A DNA stretch of 64,000 bases, taken from assembly GCA_018675335.1 (NCBI GenBank), contig JABGYH010000007.1, forward strand, positions 308,232 to 372,231, in the 5' to 3' direction. Below the pieces are notes generated by a model. That model ran no database searches. It was given only the letters and a program-made list of their open reading frames with translations, and was not told the DNA's origin. Source of the DNA: Candidatus Woesearchaeota archaeon. GTDB taxonomy: Archaea; Nanobdellota; Nanobdellia; Woesearchaeales; UBA11576. Below, piece after piece: positions 38,719-49,746 of this stretch (positions are counted from its first letter, which is position 1; each line of letters opens with the position of its first letter). Both the position numbers and the translations under genes were made by a program.

Positions 38719-39456
38719 ATGGGAAAAATAACACGCGAAAAATTCAAAATTAGAGGAAATGTATTTGATGATTTTACAGAAAGACTCATATTCAAATTAG
38801 AAGGAAAATACTTCGATCACATAAAAAGTCCAGTATCAATTGGAAAAGAAGCAAACATTTTTACTGCCACCGGACTTGAAGAAAAAGACTCAGAAGATAC
38901 AGAAGACGAGCGTAGACCAGTAATTCTTAAAATTTACAGACTTGAAAATTGCGAATTTAATAAAATGTATGAATATATCAAAGTTGATCCACGCTATTCC
39001 AACTTGAAAAAAAAGAAAAGAGAAATAGTATTTTCTTGGGCTCAAAGAGAGTTTAGAAATCTCCTCAAAGCACGAGAATCAGGCGTAAGAGTCCCAATAC
39101 CAATACATTGTGAACGACACATCCTGGTTTTAGAACAAATTGGAAAAGACTGTCCCGCACCTAAATTAAAAGATCAAATCCCCCAAGATATTGCTAAATT
39201 TTATGACAAGGTCGCAGAGGAAATGAAAAGACTTTATAAAGGAGGACTGGTGCACGGAGATTTAAGCGCATTTAACATACTCAATGATTGCGAAAATCCA
39301 GTGTTTATTGACTTTTCACAATCAACCACCACCCAAAATCCAATGGCACGAGAACTGTTAGATCGAGATGTAAAAAACATTTGTGATCACTTCAAAAAAA
39401 TAGGTTTAAAAACAGACGAACAAAACCTAAGAAAACAGATAAAAGAAGCTAAATAA
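38719..39456 (+). CDS. rio1: RIO1 Ser/Thr kinase
   Basis: SIGKEANIF, LKIYR, WAQREFRNL, LVHGDLSAFNIL, IDFSQ motifs. Confidence 0.95.
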   Translation: MGKITREKFKIRGNVFDDFTERLIFKLEGKYFDHIKSPVSIGKEANIFTATGLEEKDSEDTEDERRPVILKIYRLENCEFNKMYEYIKVDPRYSNLKKKKREIVFSWAQREFRNLLKARESGVRVPIPIHCERHILVLEQIGKDCPAPKLKDQIPQDIAKFYDKVAEEMKRLYKGGLVHGDLSAFNILNDCENPVFIDFSQSTTTQNPMARELLDRDVKNICDHFKKIGLKTDEQNLRKQIKEAK

Positions 39457-39459
39457 AAA

Positions 39460-40101
39460 ATGGAATTCCACCACGAAATCAAAATACCAAAAGAAAGAAT
39501 CGCAGTCTTAATAGGTAAGTCTGGAGAGATTAAGCACGAGATAGAAGAAGAAACCAACACTAAAATTAACATAGACAGTAAAGAAGGCGATGTGAATTTA
39601 AGTGGAGAAGATAGTTTAGGCATATTTATTGCAAAAGATGTAATCAAAGCAATTGCCAGAGGATTTAATCCAGATCTTGCAAAACTACTTCTTAAAGGAG
39701 ATTATACATTTGATATGGTCAATATTCAAGATTATACAGGCAAATCAAAAAAAGATTCATTAAGACTAAAAGGAAGAGTTATTGGAACTGAAGGAAAATC
39801 AAGAAGACACATAGAAGACTTAACCGAAACAAACATTAGCGTATATGGAAAAACAATTGCAATTATTGGCCGTGCTGAAGATACAAACATAGCAAGAAAA
39901 GCTGTTGAAAGTTTACTTGCAGGAAGTGCACACACTTCAGTTTACAAATGGCTTGAAAAAAAGAAAAAAGAAAAAGAAAGAAATAATTTTTTACAACATA
40001 CAGAACCAGAAGAACATTTTAAAGAAATAAGCGATCTTGAAGAAGAAACTGATGAGGTGAGTTCTGAAAAAGATAACGATCAGGAAAATGACGAATCTTA
40101 A
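39460..40101 (+). CDS. KH-domain pre-rRNA processing protein (Dim2/Pno1-like)
   Basis: RIAVLIGKSG, AIARGFNP, KGRVIGTEG motifs; follows rio1. Confidence 0.92.
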   Translation: MEFHHEIKIPKERIAVLIGKSGEIKHEIEEETNTKINIDSKEGDVNLSGEDSLGIFIAKDVIKAIARGFNPDLAKLLLKGDYTFDMVNIQDYTGKSKKDSLRLKGRVIGTEGKSRRHIEDLTETNISVYGKTIAIIGRAEDTNIARKAVESLLAGSAHTSVYKWLEKKKKEKERNNFLQHTEPEEHFKEISDLEEETDEVSSEKDNDQENDES

Positions 40102-40234
40102 GAACGCAAAAAAATAAAAAAAGTTTAACTGAAAAAAAATAAAAATTTAACTAAAATTTATTGACTACAAAAAACAGTTAACTTTGAAAAAATCAAATTC
40201 ATATTTCATTAAACAAAAAAAAAGGTGAATATCG

Positions 40235-41947
40235 ATGTCTCAAACTAAACTAACAGAAACAGATCCAACAGGAGAAGGACAAACAAAAGCACACGAGATG
40301 GCAAAAAAACAAAGAGAAATCTCTGTTGCCGAATTCTTTGCAAAAAATCGACACTTACTCGGATTTGACAATCCAAAAAAATCACTTCTAACAACAATTA
40401 AAGAAGCAGTAGATAATTCTCTTGACGCATGTGAAGAAGCAGGACTACTTCCAGAAATTGCAGTCGAAGTAATACAAATGGGAGATAGTAGATTTAAGGT
40501 CGTAATTGAAGATAATGGACCTGGAATTGTAAAAAAACAAATACCCAACATATTCGCAAAACTTCTTTATGGAAGCAAATTTCATTCACTAAAACAACAA
40601 AGAGGACAACAAGGAATTGGAATCAGCGCATCAGTTATGTATGGGCAAATGACCACAGGAAAAGCTGCAAGAATAACCTCTCGAATCGGCGCAAACTACG
40701 AAGCGCATTATTTCGAATTAAAAATTGACACTCAAACAAACAAACCACTCATCCAAAAAGATGACATAATAGAATGGCACAAAGAAAGAGGGACAAGAAT
40801 AGAACTTGACCTTGAAGCAAGCTATTCAAAAGGAGCACAATCAATTGATGCATATCTTAAGCAAACCGCAATTGCAAATCCACATGTCACCATAATTTAT
40901 ACCAATCCAAAAGCCGAACAAATAATTTTTCCAAGAGCAGTTGATAAAATGCCCTTAGAAGCAAAAGAAATCAAACCACACCCTTATGGAATTGAACTTG
41001 GACTTCTCATAAAAATGATAAGCTGGACTGCTAGCAAAACATTACAACATTTTCTCATGAATGAATTTAGTAGAGTAAGTTCTTCTGTTGCAAAAGAAAT
41101 TTGCGAACATGCAAAACTCTTACCCAACACAAAACCAAAACAACTCAAACGAGAACATGCCGAAAAAATACTAAACGCAATCAAACAAACAAAAATTATG
41201 AATCCTCCAACAGACTGCATATCACCAATAGGATCAGATGCACTCGAAAAGGGACTCAAAAAAGAAATAAAAGCAGAATTTTATTGTGCAACTACCCGGC
41301 CTCCTTCAGTATACAGGGGAAATCCATTCGTAATTGAAGCAGCACTAGCATATGGTGGAGAAATGCCAAAAGACAAATCCATCAGAATATTAAGATATGC
41401 GAATCGAGTACCAATACAATACCAACAAAGTGCTTGTGCATCAACTCACGCAATAATGCATACTAATTTTAAAAATTATGGACTTCACCAATCAAGAAAT
41501 TCAATTCCAGTAGGGCCTATGACTCTAGTCATTCACATGGCATCAGTATGGGTTCCATTCACATCAGAAAGTAAAGAAGCAATTGCGCACTATCCAGAAA
41601 TCATCAAAGAAGTAAAACTTGCAATACAAGAATGTGGAAGACTTCTTGCAAGTTATGTTAACAAAAAAAATAGACTGCAAAAAGAAATGCAAAAAAGAAG
41701 TTACATTGAAAAATACATCCCTCACGTTGGAACCGCTTTAAAAAAATTGCTAGATCTAACAAAAGAAGACGAAGCAGAAATTGAAGAAATACTAAAAAAA
41801 ATCCTCGAACAAAAAAGAGGAAAACTCAAAAAAATAGAAGCAGAAAATTTAGAGTATGATGAAGAATTTGCAAAAATTGGATCTGCAACAGTAGAAGATG
41901 AATTAGAGTCTGATGACGAAAATAACGGAGGTGAAAACGATGAGTGA
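40235..41947 (+). CDS. top6B: DNA topoisomerase VI subunit B
   Basis: [45 protein letters not shown] motifs. Confidence 0.97.
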   Translation: MSQTKLTETDPTGEGQTKAHEMAKKQREISVAEFFAKNRHLLGFDNPKKSLLTTIKEAVDNSLDACEEAGLLPEIAVEVIQMGDSRFKVVIEDNGPGIVKKQIPNIFAKLLYGSKFHSLKQQRGQQGIGISASVMYGQMTTGKAARITSRIGANYEAHYFELKIDTQTNKPLIQKDDIIEWHKERGTRIELDLEASYSKGAQSIDAYLKQTAIANPHVTIIYTNPKAEQIIFPRAVDKMPLEAKEIKPHPYGIELGLLIKMISWTASKTLQHFLMNEFSRVSSSVAKEICEHAKLLPNTKPKQLKREHAEKILNAIKQTKIMNPPTDCISPIGSDALEKGLKKEIKAEFYCATTRPPSVYRGNPFVIEAALAYGGEMPKDKSIRILRYANRVPIQYQQSACASTHAIMHTNFKNYGLHQSRNSIPVGPMTLVIHMASVWVPFTSESKEAIAHYPEIIKEVKLAIQECGRLLASYVNKKNRLQKEMQKRSYIEKYIPHVGTALKKLLDLTKEDEAEIEEILKKILEQKRGKLKKIEAENLEYDEEFAKIGSATVEDELESDDENNGGENDE

Positions 41948-43022
41948 AGTAATTGATAAAATTAAAAAAATAGCAACACAAGTACACCAAGAAATCAAAA
42001 AAGTAAAATCACCTTCATTATTCATGCCAGTAAGATCACTACAAAATGTAAGTTATGATCCAAAAGAAGGATACTTTAAATTAATCGGAAAAGAAAAAGA
42101 AAGAACACTTACTGCAACAACAGTAAAAACATTTGCTCAAACTCTCCTCATGATGGATGAGAGTAAAAACATAGTAAAGTCTGATGATATTGCCACAAAA
42201 AGAGAGATGTATTATATTTCAAAAAACTGGGGAGACGCTCGATTTAAAGAACAACCCGAATCAGACTCAGTAATGGACGACATAGAAAGCATGATGCTTG
42301 TTAATCGCGAACAACTAGGATTCATACCTGAAGAAAAAGGCGGCGATGTTGCAGGATCCCTTGTAGTCATTGACAAAGATTCAGAAACTGGGGATGAACT
42401 AAAAATTGATTGTACCAAATTTGGAAGTGGAGCATACTCAGTACCAAGTATTGTCGAACATTTAAAATTTGAAACCAAAGCTAAATTTATATTAGCCATC
42501 GAAACTGCGGGTATGTTTCAAAGACTAGTAAAACACGGCTATGCAAAAAAAGCCAATTGCATACTAGTTTCCATGGGAGGAGTACCAACTAGAGCTTGTC
42601 GAAGATTTATCAGGCGATTATCAGATGATAAAAAATTACCAGTATACGTTTTTACAGATGGCGACCCCTACGGGTTTTTCAATATTTATAGAACTTTGAA
42701 AGTAGGATCTGGAAATGCAGCTCACATAAACCAATACTTTTGCGTACCTAATGCACAATTTATTGGAATAACCCCTCAAGACATTATCGATTACAAATTA
42801 CCAACACATCCATTAAAAGATGTAGATAAGAAAAAAATCAAAGATGTAATCAAAAATGACCCATTTTGTAAAGCACACAAAGAATGGCAAAAAGCACTCA
42901 AACAATTAGCAATGATGGGTAAAAGAGCGGAGCAGCAGGCACTTGCAAAACATGGACTAAACTTTGTCATAACTGATTATCTTCCAAAAAAACTCAAAGA
43001 TCATACAACCTGGCTACCCTAA
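41940..43022 (+). CDS. top6A: DNA topoisomerase VI subunit A
   Basis: TKREMYY, AIET, GGVP, TDGDPYG, AEQQAL motifs; GGAGGTG RBS favours ATG 41940 over 41913. Confidence 0.96.
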   Translation: MSEVIDKIKKIATQVHQEIKKVKSPSLFMPVRSLQNVSYDPKEGYFKLIGKEKERTLTATTVKTFAQTLLMMDESKNIVKSDDIATKREMYYISKNWGDARFKEQPESDSVMDDIESMMLVNREQLGFIPEEKGGDVAGSLVVIDKDSETGDELKIDCTKFGSGAYSVPSIVEHLKFETKAKFILAIETAGMFQRLVKHGYAKKANCILVSMGGVPTRACRRFIRRLSDDKKLPVYVFTDGDPYGFFNIYRTLKVGSGNAAHINQYFCVPNAQFIGITPQDIIDYKLPTHPLKDVDKKKIKDVIKNDPFCKAHKEWQKALKQLAMMGKRAEQQALAKHGLNFVITDYLPKKLKDHTTWLP

Positions 43023-43173
43023 AAATAGCATAAAAAAGACTAGTAACTTTTGGTTGCTAAGAGAGGTAATAAACTGAGGGAAAGATCTAATACTTAATTT
43101 CTTTTTAAATTAAGTTAAATAAGATAATAATATTTATAAATGAACTGCTGTTTCTTGAAGAATAACTCAATAC

Positions 43174-43382
43174 GGGCCCGTAGCCTAGCCTGGTAAAAAT
43201 CATCACTCACTCTGAGAATAATATTTGAAGAGTTTACTGATTTTTAGGTAAATAGGGCAACAGCCTTCTAACCAAACAAACTAAAGTTTGAGAAGAGAGC
43301 TGTGGGTCGAGGGTTCGAAATGTTTTAAGCGCTAGGTAAAACCGACCGAAATGCTTAAACCTCGAAAGTCCCTCCGGGCTCG
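43174..43382 (+). tRNA. tRNA-Arg(UCU) with three introns: 43194-43251 (D loop, after G18G19), 43271-43297 (37/38), 43320-43368 (59/60)
   Basis: Spliced product GGGCCCGUAGCCUAGCCUGG|AUAGGGCAACAGCCUUCUA|AGCUGUGGGUCGAGGGUUCGAA|UCCCUCCGGGCUCG forms a normal cloverleaf; central helices GCCU/AGGU, CUUC/GAAG, UUCG/CGAA. Confidence 0.92.
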
Positions 43383-43527
43383 TTCATATTCACTTTTGAA
43401 AATAATTCTATTTAACCAAAGTACGTTTGATAAAATAAAAAAAAATACTTTAAAAAAACAAAAATATACTTCACGAAAACTATATAAATAAACACTTGCC
43501 CCAATTGGAATAAAATACGTTCAATTT

Positions 43528-43652
43528 GGTGGAGTCGCCAAGCCCGGTAAGGCGTTCGGCTGCAATAATTGGGATGATGAGCAACCAAAAATCATGGTTG
43601 TAATGATCTAGCAGATCCCGATCATTCGAGGGTTCAAATCCCTCCTCCACCT
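43528..43652 (+). tRNA. tRNA-Cys(GCA) with a 51-nt intron (43566-43616) at 37/38
   Basis: Acceptor GGUGGAG/CUCCACC-U; GCA at 43562-64; central helix CUGC/GCAG; T arm GAGGG-UUCAAAU-CCCUC. Confidence 0.9.
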
Positions 43653-43773
43653 TTTTTATTTTTATTAAAAATATGTTTTGATTATCACATAAATTTAAAC
43701 CAAATTTGAGGTAATTAACAAAAAAAAACCAAGTTCTACACAAAACGAATTAAAAAAAATTCAAGGTGAAAAA

Positions 43774-44262
43774 ATGGCAAGTTGTGAAATGTGCGGACGC
43801 GAAGGAGACTTAACAGAAGTAGATGTTGAAGGAACAAACCTAGAAGTATGTAAAAATTGTTTAAAGTTTGGAAAACAACAAGTTAAACCTGCAGCTAAAT
43901 TTAGTAGAGCGCCAAATAAATTTAATAAAACTCAAGGCAGATTTAAACAAAGAAGAACAATACGACCTGAAGTTGTAGAAGTAATAATCAAAGGATACGG
44001 CGACAAAGTAAGTAAAGTAAGATCAAAAATGGGTTTGACCCAAGAAGAATTCGCACGCAAACTTAATGAAAAAGAAAGCCTAATTAGTAAAATCGAAAAT
44101 AATCAGTTCGAACCTAGCATAATCCTTGCAAAGAAACTTGAAACAATACTAAAAATTAAACTAATAGAAGTTCAAGAAGAAACAAAAGCCGAAATGTTAC
44201 AACAAAAAGCAAGCGGAAAAGGGCTTACCATTGCAGATTTTATTAAAGTTAGAAAAAAATAA
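43774..44262 (+). CDS. mbf1: archaeal multiprotein bridging factor aMBF1
   Basis: CEMCG...VCKNC zinc ribbon; GLTQEEFARKLNEKESLISKIE HTH; LTIADF C-terminus. Confidence 0.93.
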   Translation: MASCEMCGREGDLTEVDVEGTNLEVCKNCLKFGKQQVKPAAKFSRAPNKFNKTQGRFKQRRTIRPEVVEVIIKGYGDKVSKVRSKMGLTQEEFARKLNEKESLISKIENNQFEPSIILAKKLETILKIKLIEVQEETKAEMLQQKASGKGLTIADFIKVRKK

Positions 44263-44311
44263 ATTTGAAGTTTTACTAACACACACCAAAAACTAAAATT
44301 ATTTATTTAAA

Positions 44312-45799
44312 TTAATTTTCTGTAGTAATTAATACTTTCCAAATCTTAATACCTTGTTTAGAATAAATATTTTCAAATGTTTCTTTATTTCTTAATAAAA
44401 ATAACAACCCTTCATCCGGTTTGATCCAAACTTTACCATCAGTCATTGTTTCATCAATATAAATATAATTAATACCATATTGAGTTAACAGAGTTTTTGC
44501 AGTTTCTAAATCTCTATTTTCAAAAATCGTTTCTGACACTTTTAGTAAAAAACTTTGATCATAATTAGATCCCGAAAATGAATCTGCGAATGCAACTCTT
44601 TTTGAAATCGACTCAATCCAATAACCATTATCGTAATGACTAAGAACTACTGAATGCGCATCAGAAGCATTTTCTAAAAATGTTAATGCGTCAATAGTTT
44701 CACTTGATGGTTCAAAATTAGTAACTCGATTCATAAAAGAAACTGAAGAAAATAATAACCCTAAAATAATTAAAAAAATAGATAATTGCTTAACAAAATC
44801 AACTTTCCATTCTCGCTCATATAACATAACAAATGCCATTCCTGCTGAAACTGCAACAAAAAATGAGATATAAAAATTAGCAGAAACGCCCACTATAAAA
44901 TTTGCAAACAACAATAATAAAGCCGCTATAAAAAATATTAAAAATTGATTTTTGTGTTTCCAATATAACAAAACACCCATGCACGCAAGTAAAATTGTAA
45001 AACTACCAAAACCTGCAACTCCCCCTAAATCAGAATTTAATCCAATGAAAAAATCAGAGGAATGATTAAACAAATAATTAAGGAAATAAGGTGGTTGAAC
45101 CGAAAAAGAAATTAATCCCACTACAAATGAACTAATCAAAAACCAATCTAATTTTTTACCAGTATAAAATACATATGCAAGTAAAAGTAATACCACAACT
45201 GCAGAATTAAAAAGAGTGAATGCTGCAACAAAACCAAATATTATTGTTGAAAGTATAAGAAACATCTTTCCTTCTTGAATAAATAAATAAAAGCCTAACA
45301 ACGTCAGAAAAATAATAATTGAATGGGGATTTGAAAATGAAAATAAATAAACAAATGCAGGAGATATAACTAAAAAAATAAGAATTATTTGCCGAGTAAA
45401 TTTTGGAAATTCAAAACTAATAAGAATTTTATTAAAAATAAATAAGGAAAGAATCCCAAATATTAAAGGTAAAAGTATTGAAATATACTTAAGTGAAAAA
45501 ATAAAACCAAACAATGCTAAAAAAACATGATAAAAAGAAAAATACATGTTTCTTGAATGGAATGCTGAATCTTGAATTGAAGGTAAAGACTGAATGATAT
45601 CTAATTTATCTGGAGACACCCTATCATAATCAATTAAAGACTGTGCTAAACGCGCATGATAATAAGGTTCTGACCCAATCATTAATGGTTCGTTATTAGC
45701 AAAACGTCCTGCGTAAGGCAACAATAAAAATATGATAAAAGCTGCAACTAAAAAAATCAATAAATTCTGTTTTTTCAAATCGATTTTAAACCAATCCAT
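44312..45799 (-). CDS. GT-C fold membrane glycosyltransferase-like protein (AglB/STT3-like, degenerate)
   Basis: ~12 TM helices; EPYYHARL; VLSHYDNGYWI resembles SWWDYGYWI; YGINYIYI. Confidence 0.65.
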   Translation of the reverse strand: MDWFKIDLKKQNLLIFLVAAFIIFLLLPYAGRFANNEPLMIGSEPYYHARLAQSLIDYDRVSPDKLDIIQSLPSIQDSAFHSRNMYFSFYHVFLALFGFIFSLKYISILLPLIFGILSLFIFNKILISFEFPKFTRQIILIFLVISPAFVYLFSFSNPHSIIIFLTLLGFYLFIQEGKMFLILSTIIFGFVAAFTLFNSAVVVLLLLAYVFYTGKKLDWFLISSFVVGLISFSVQPPYFLNYLFNHSSDFFIGLNSDLGGVAGFGSFTILLACMGVLLYWKHKNQFLIFFIAALLLLFANFIVGVSANFYISFFVAVSAGMAFVMLYEREWKVDFVKQLSIFLIILGLLFSSVSFMNRVTNFEPSSETIDALTFLENASDAHSVVLSHYDNGYWIESISKRVAFADSFSGSNYDQSFLLKVSETIFENRDLETAKTLLTQYGINYIYIDETMTDGKVWIKPDEGLLFLLRNKETFENIYSKQGIKIWKVLITTEN

Positions 45800-45946
45800 A
45801 AATAAACCACCTTAAACAATTAAATTAAATATATTTGTCATATTGAACTGTGAAACTTTTTTATTAAACATACGCATCAAACATAAGTATTAAACACAAA
45901 TATGTAACATAATTATCAAACATAGCATAAATAGTTAACATAAAAA

Positions 45947-47509
45947 TTAACCAAACTTACATTTAACCTCATATATTTTAATATCAATTATTGAATTATT
46001 AGTGGTCGCTAACTCAACTTCAGCAGGAATTGACTCTGACTCATAAACTAAAGGAAAACATTCTTTATCCACATATTTTATTTTTTTAATATCATAATCA
46101 AATTTAGTATGATCTGAAAAATAAATATAATCAACAGAATATTTCTGTAATAACTCTAATGCTTCGGATTTAAACAAAAACGAATACATCCCTTTAATAT
46201 CATCAAAATAAACTGAAGAATCTTTAATTAATAAAAAGTTCATATCACCAACATTTTTTCTGTTAGAAATGCTCGCAATAAACTGTCCCTCACCTAATGT
46301 AGATAAAATAACTGAATCTTTTGGAGTATTTTGTTTGATCCATTCAAATGCCTCAAACTCTTCTTCGGATAATGCATTATCCATTTTTTTACTCGAAAAC
46401 GCAAAACATGCTAAAACAGATGTGAGAATGAAAATAATCAATAATGTTGCTATGAAAACTTTTTTGAAAAACGCAAATTTTGTTTGTTCAAAATAAGAAA
46501 TCAAAAAACGATATGCAGGACCTGCTAAAATAGATAAAAATAAACTCAATAAAATTAAACCAAGTTCTAATCTAACAAGTTTTAGCCAGAGTAAAATAGT
46601 AATTGCAAAAACAAACGATCTTAAAAGATAAACTTTCTTATCTTTATCTTTTAACATACACTTATACATCGAAAAAACTCCGAGAACGAAGGGTAAAATA
46701 CCCACTGTTGTGAATGCTTCTAGAATTGATGTATCTTTAAAATATGAAAATAAAATTTGATGTGGAAAATTCTGCCAAATAACTGCATAACCATGAAATA
46801 AAAATGCATTTTTAAAGAAAATAAATTCAAACCAAATAACAAAAAAAGTTGCAAACAAAATTAATTCTAGCTCCAACCAATTAGTGTTTTTATACTCTAG
46901 TCTCATGAAAACTAAGTACAACAATAAACCAATAATTAAAAAGAAAATTATAGGCGAAACTAAAGGCACAATAAAACAAAGTAAAACAAAATAATAAATA
47001 TATTTTTTTGATTGTGAAACTTTTAAGAAAAAATAGATCAGTAAAAAGAATAGCGGAACAGATAATGAATACACAGAAACCGAATTAACAGTCTCTGCAA
47101 TATAAATCGGAATAAATGAACAAATAAATGCAGTTATAAGTGAATCTCTTCGATTACCCATAATCTCATACGCGATTAAATATGCGATGAATACAAATGT
47201 TGCTGCAAAAATATTTGGTAAAATTTTGGCAGTTAAAAAAGTACCAAAAAATAATGAAAAAAATGATAAAATATAATGAAACAACGGCGCAAACATAAAA
47301 AAACGACCAGAGTAAGAAAGTGAATCTTCAAATAGCGGAATTCCTGTTTCTCTTATGTGCTCAATTTGCCTTAAATTAAAATATGCAGACTCACCAGTAA
47401 AATGAGGTGATTGAAATGCAAAATAAAGACGAATAGATAATGAAATTACAAATAATCCAATTAACAAATATAAATACTTTTTTTGTGCTTTTGAAAGATT
47501 AAATTTCAT
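45947..47509 (-). CDS. GT-C fold membrane glycosyltransferase-like protein, paralog of the neighbour
   Basis: ESAYFNLRQIEHI; PLFHYIL; AFEWIKQNTPKDSVILS; KYSVDYIYF. Confidence 0.65.
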   Translation of the reverse strand: MKFNLSKAQKKYLYLLIGLFVISLSIRLYFAFQSPHFTGESAYFNLRQIEHIRETGIPLFEDSLSYSGRFFMFAPLFHYILSFFSLFFGTFLTAKILPNIFAATFVFIAYLIAYEIMGNRRDSLITAFICSFIPIYIAETVNSVSVYSLSVPLFFLLIYFFLKVSQSKKYIYYFVLLCFIVPLVSPIIFFLIIGLLLYLVFMRLEYKNTNWLELELILFATFFVIWFEFIFFKNAFLFHGYAVIWQNFPHQILFSYFKDTSILEAFTTVGILPFVLGVFSMYKCMLKDKDKKVYLLRSFVFAITILLWLKLVRLELGLILLSLFLSILAGPAYRFLISYFEQTKFAFFKKVFIATLLIIFILTSVLACFAFSSKKMDNALSEEEFEAFEWIKQNTPKDSVILSTLGEGQFIASISNRKNVGDMNFLLIKDSSVYFDDIKGMYSFLFKSEALELLQKYSVDYIYFSDHTKFDYDIKKIKYVDKECFPLVYESESIPAEVELATTNNSIIDIKIYEVKCKFG

Positions 47510-47684
47510 GGTTTACACACATTTTACACACATAAGTTATTGACGCTAAAACACTTTAAAATAATAAATATTAATATCATTTCACTGCTTTAAAAAGATA
47601 AAAATCAAAGGGGTTTAAAAAACTTTGGCAAAAGACTAACTGAGAATGTAAAACTATTTAAACAGCAAAAAAAACAAAATAAAT

Positions 47685-48365
47685 ATGGAAAAAACACCCA
47701 CAGGGAGCAATGTATTTGATAAATTACTTAATGGAGGCTATGAACTAGAAACACTCACAACCGTTTATGGTCCATCAGGCAGTGGAAAAAGTAACTTGTG
47801 CCATGTAAGTGCAGTTAATACCATACTAAATGAAAATAAAAAAGTAATTTATGTTGATACAGAAGGAGGATTTAGTTTAGAAAGACTAAAACAAATCACC
47901 CCCCGATATGACGAAATTTTGGAAAAAATAGTTATTTTAAAACCAACAAATTTTGAAGAACAAAAAAAAGCATTTCTTAAATTAAATAAATTATTAACCA
48001 ATGAAGATGTCGGACTCATAATTGTTGACACAATTTCTATGTTATACCGACTTGAACTTGGCAAAACCGAAGAAACATACAGCATAAATCGCGAACTCGG
48101 AATACAAATTGCGCTCATAACTGAAATATGTAGAAAGAAAAAAATACCTATTTTAGTAACAACACAAGTATATGCAAATTTCGAAGAACAAAACCAAGTA
48201 AAAATCGTCGGCGGAGACATACTAAAATATGCAAGCAAATGCTTAGTAGAATTAAAAGTATTAAAACACGGACGAATGGCAATTCTTAGAAAACACCGAA
48301 GCATAAAAGAAGGACGCGAAGCATTATTTAAAATTGAAGATAGCGGACTCATAGAAATAATTTAA
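47685..48365 (+). CDS. radB: DNA repair protein RadB
   Basis: GPSGSGKS, YVDTEGGFSLERL, GGDILKY motifs; RadB-type LRKHRS basic patch. Confidence 0.95.
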   Translation: MEKTPTGSNVFDKLLNGGYELETLTTVYGPSGSGKSNLCHVSAVNTILNENKKVIYVDTEGGFSLERLKQITPRYDEILEKIVILKPTNFEEQKKAFLKLNKLLTNEDVGLIIVDTISMLYRLELGKTEETYSINRELGIQIALITEICRKKKIPILVTTQVYANFEEQNQVKIVGGDILKYASKCLVELKVLKHGRMAILRKHRSIKEGREALFKIEDSGLIEII

Positions 48366-48450
48366 AATAAAATTCAGCAAATACTAACTCATATTAACGA
48401 AAAAATAACCAATAAAATTAAAGAAAAAAAGATAAAAAAAATATTAAAAT

Positions 48451-49053
48451 TTATGTTTCACAAAAGTCATCAAAAGGCACATCTAATTCTTTACCTTGTT
48501 CTAGTAAACCTCTATGTCTCATATATTCTCTAGTTAAAATATGAAATAACAAACCTAAACTTTTCTTACCCTTATTATTACAAGGCATAACAAAATCAAG
48601 ATTATTAGTTTGGTTGTTTGTATCACATAAAGCAACAACAGGAATACCTACCTTTAGCGCATCCTTAATTGGATTACGATCAGGCCATGCATCTACTGCA
48701 AGTAAAACTTTTGCTTCAATAAACTCATTCAAACTAGGATTTGTTAAAACTCCAGGAGGATAACGTCCAGGAAAAGCTCTTGATCCAGTAAGTTTTGCAA
48801 ACATTCTAATCGGTCTCCACCCATTTTCACGCCTACTAACTACAACAATATCTTCAGGAGCGTAATTTGCGAGAAATTTCGCCGCGAGTGCTATACGTTC
48901 ATCAATTTTTTGAAGATTAAGAACAAATAATCCATCAGGTCTTACTTTGTAAATGAAATTCTCCATATATTTAGTTTTAAATTTTGTACCAATATGAATA
49001 CCTGCTTTAAGATATTGATCGATTGGAACTAATAATTGTTTTTGTTCAGCCAT
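48451..49053 (-). CDS. rps2: 30S ribosomal protein uS2
   Basis: YLKAGIHIGTK, GRYPPGVLTNP, ALCDTNN, PCNNKG motifs. Confidence 0.97.
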   Translation of the reverse strand: MAEQKQLLVPIDQYLKAGIHIGTKFKTKYMENFIYKVRPDGLFVLNLQKIDERIALAAKFLANYAPEDIVVVSRRENGWRPIRMFAKLTGSRAFPGRYPPGVLTNPSLNEFIEAKVLLAVDAWPDRNPIKDALKVGIPVVALCDTNNQTNNLDFVMPCNNKGKKSLGLLFHILTREYMRHRGLLEQGKELDVPFDDFCET

Positions 49054-49145
49054 TTTAACTCCTCCAAATAATAATCCAAATAACTTTAATTTTTAATTAA
49101 ATATGATATAAATCAGCTAAATTTAAATTAAAGCTTTAAATAACC

Positions 49146-49248
49146 ACCTAGAAAACATAAAACGTTCTTAGCTACAGTATTATCGCCTTTGTAGCTTGAA
49201 AAGAACCCAGAATCTTTTTAAAAAGTCCTGCCATGTTCTTATCTAGGC
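49146..49248 (-). promoter_or_regulatory. structured 5' leader of rps2 (three-way junction)
   Basis: GCCUAGA/UCUAGGU, AGAACAUG/UAUGUUUU, CAGGA/UUCUG, GUUCUU..AGCUACA/UGUAGCU..AAGAAC; TATA box TTTATAAA at 49281-74. Confidence 0.55.
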
Positions 49249-49389
49249 AATAAAATCAAAAAATCAAAGGGGATTTATAAATGTTTGGGAGGGGTTAAAC
49301 CCTGAATTTATGACCTTATCGTGCCACGCACCCTAAATCCCTTAAAATCAAATATGTTTATTAAAATTAAATTAAGAGTTTTTAAATAT

Positions 49390-49441
49390 TTAGAAGATTT
49401 TGAAGAGGTTGAAGGGTTAGAAGAGTTTGAAGGTTTAGAAG
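49390..49441. repeat. degenerate 9-bp tandem repeat
   Basis: GAAG recurs every 9 bp (ttagaagat tttgaagag gttgaaggg ttagaagag tttgaaggt ttagaag). Confidence 0.55.
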
Positions 49442-49746
49442 TTGTGCAGTGATTTGTTATAAACCATATTTCGCACAAATAAAAAAATACCTCAAATATT
49501 ACTAAGCTACTAATTGATTTTCACCAACACCAATAATTACCTCAAAACACGTTCATCAAACCTAATTGTGAAACCTTAATTTTAAACAATAAAAACATTT
49601 AAATATAATCTCGCTTTTATTTTTACTCAATAGTTTTGAAACAGATTTAAATAATCTCTTTAAAGCAAACCAATTATTAAGTTATAAATTTAATATAAAT
49701 TCAAAAAAAATTAAAGTAATATAATACTACCAGAGGGGGACTTACC

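Noticed and set aside
43480-43743. 87-aa minus-strand ORF
   Set aside because: Antisense to tRNA-Cys
49054-49746. Replication origin in the large rps2/PRC-barrel intergenic region
   Set aside because: No recognisable ORB repeats and no adjacent cdc6/orc1
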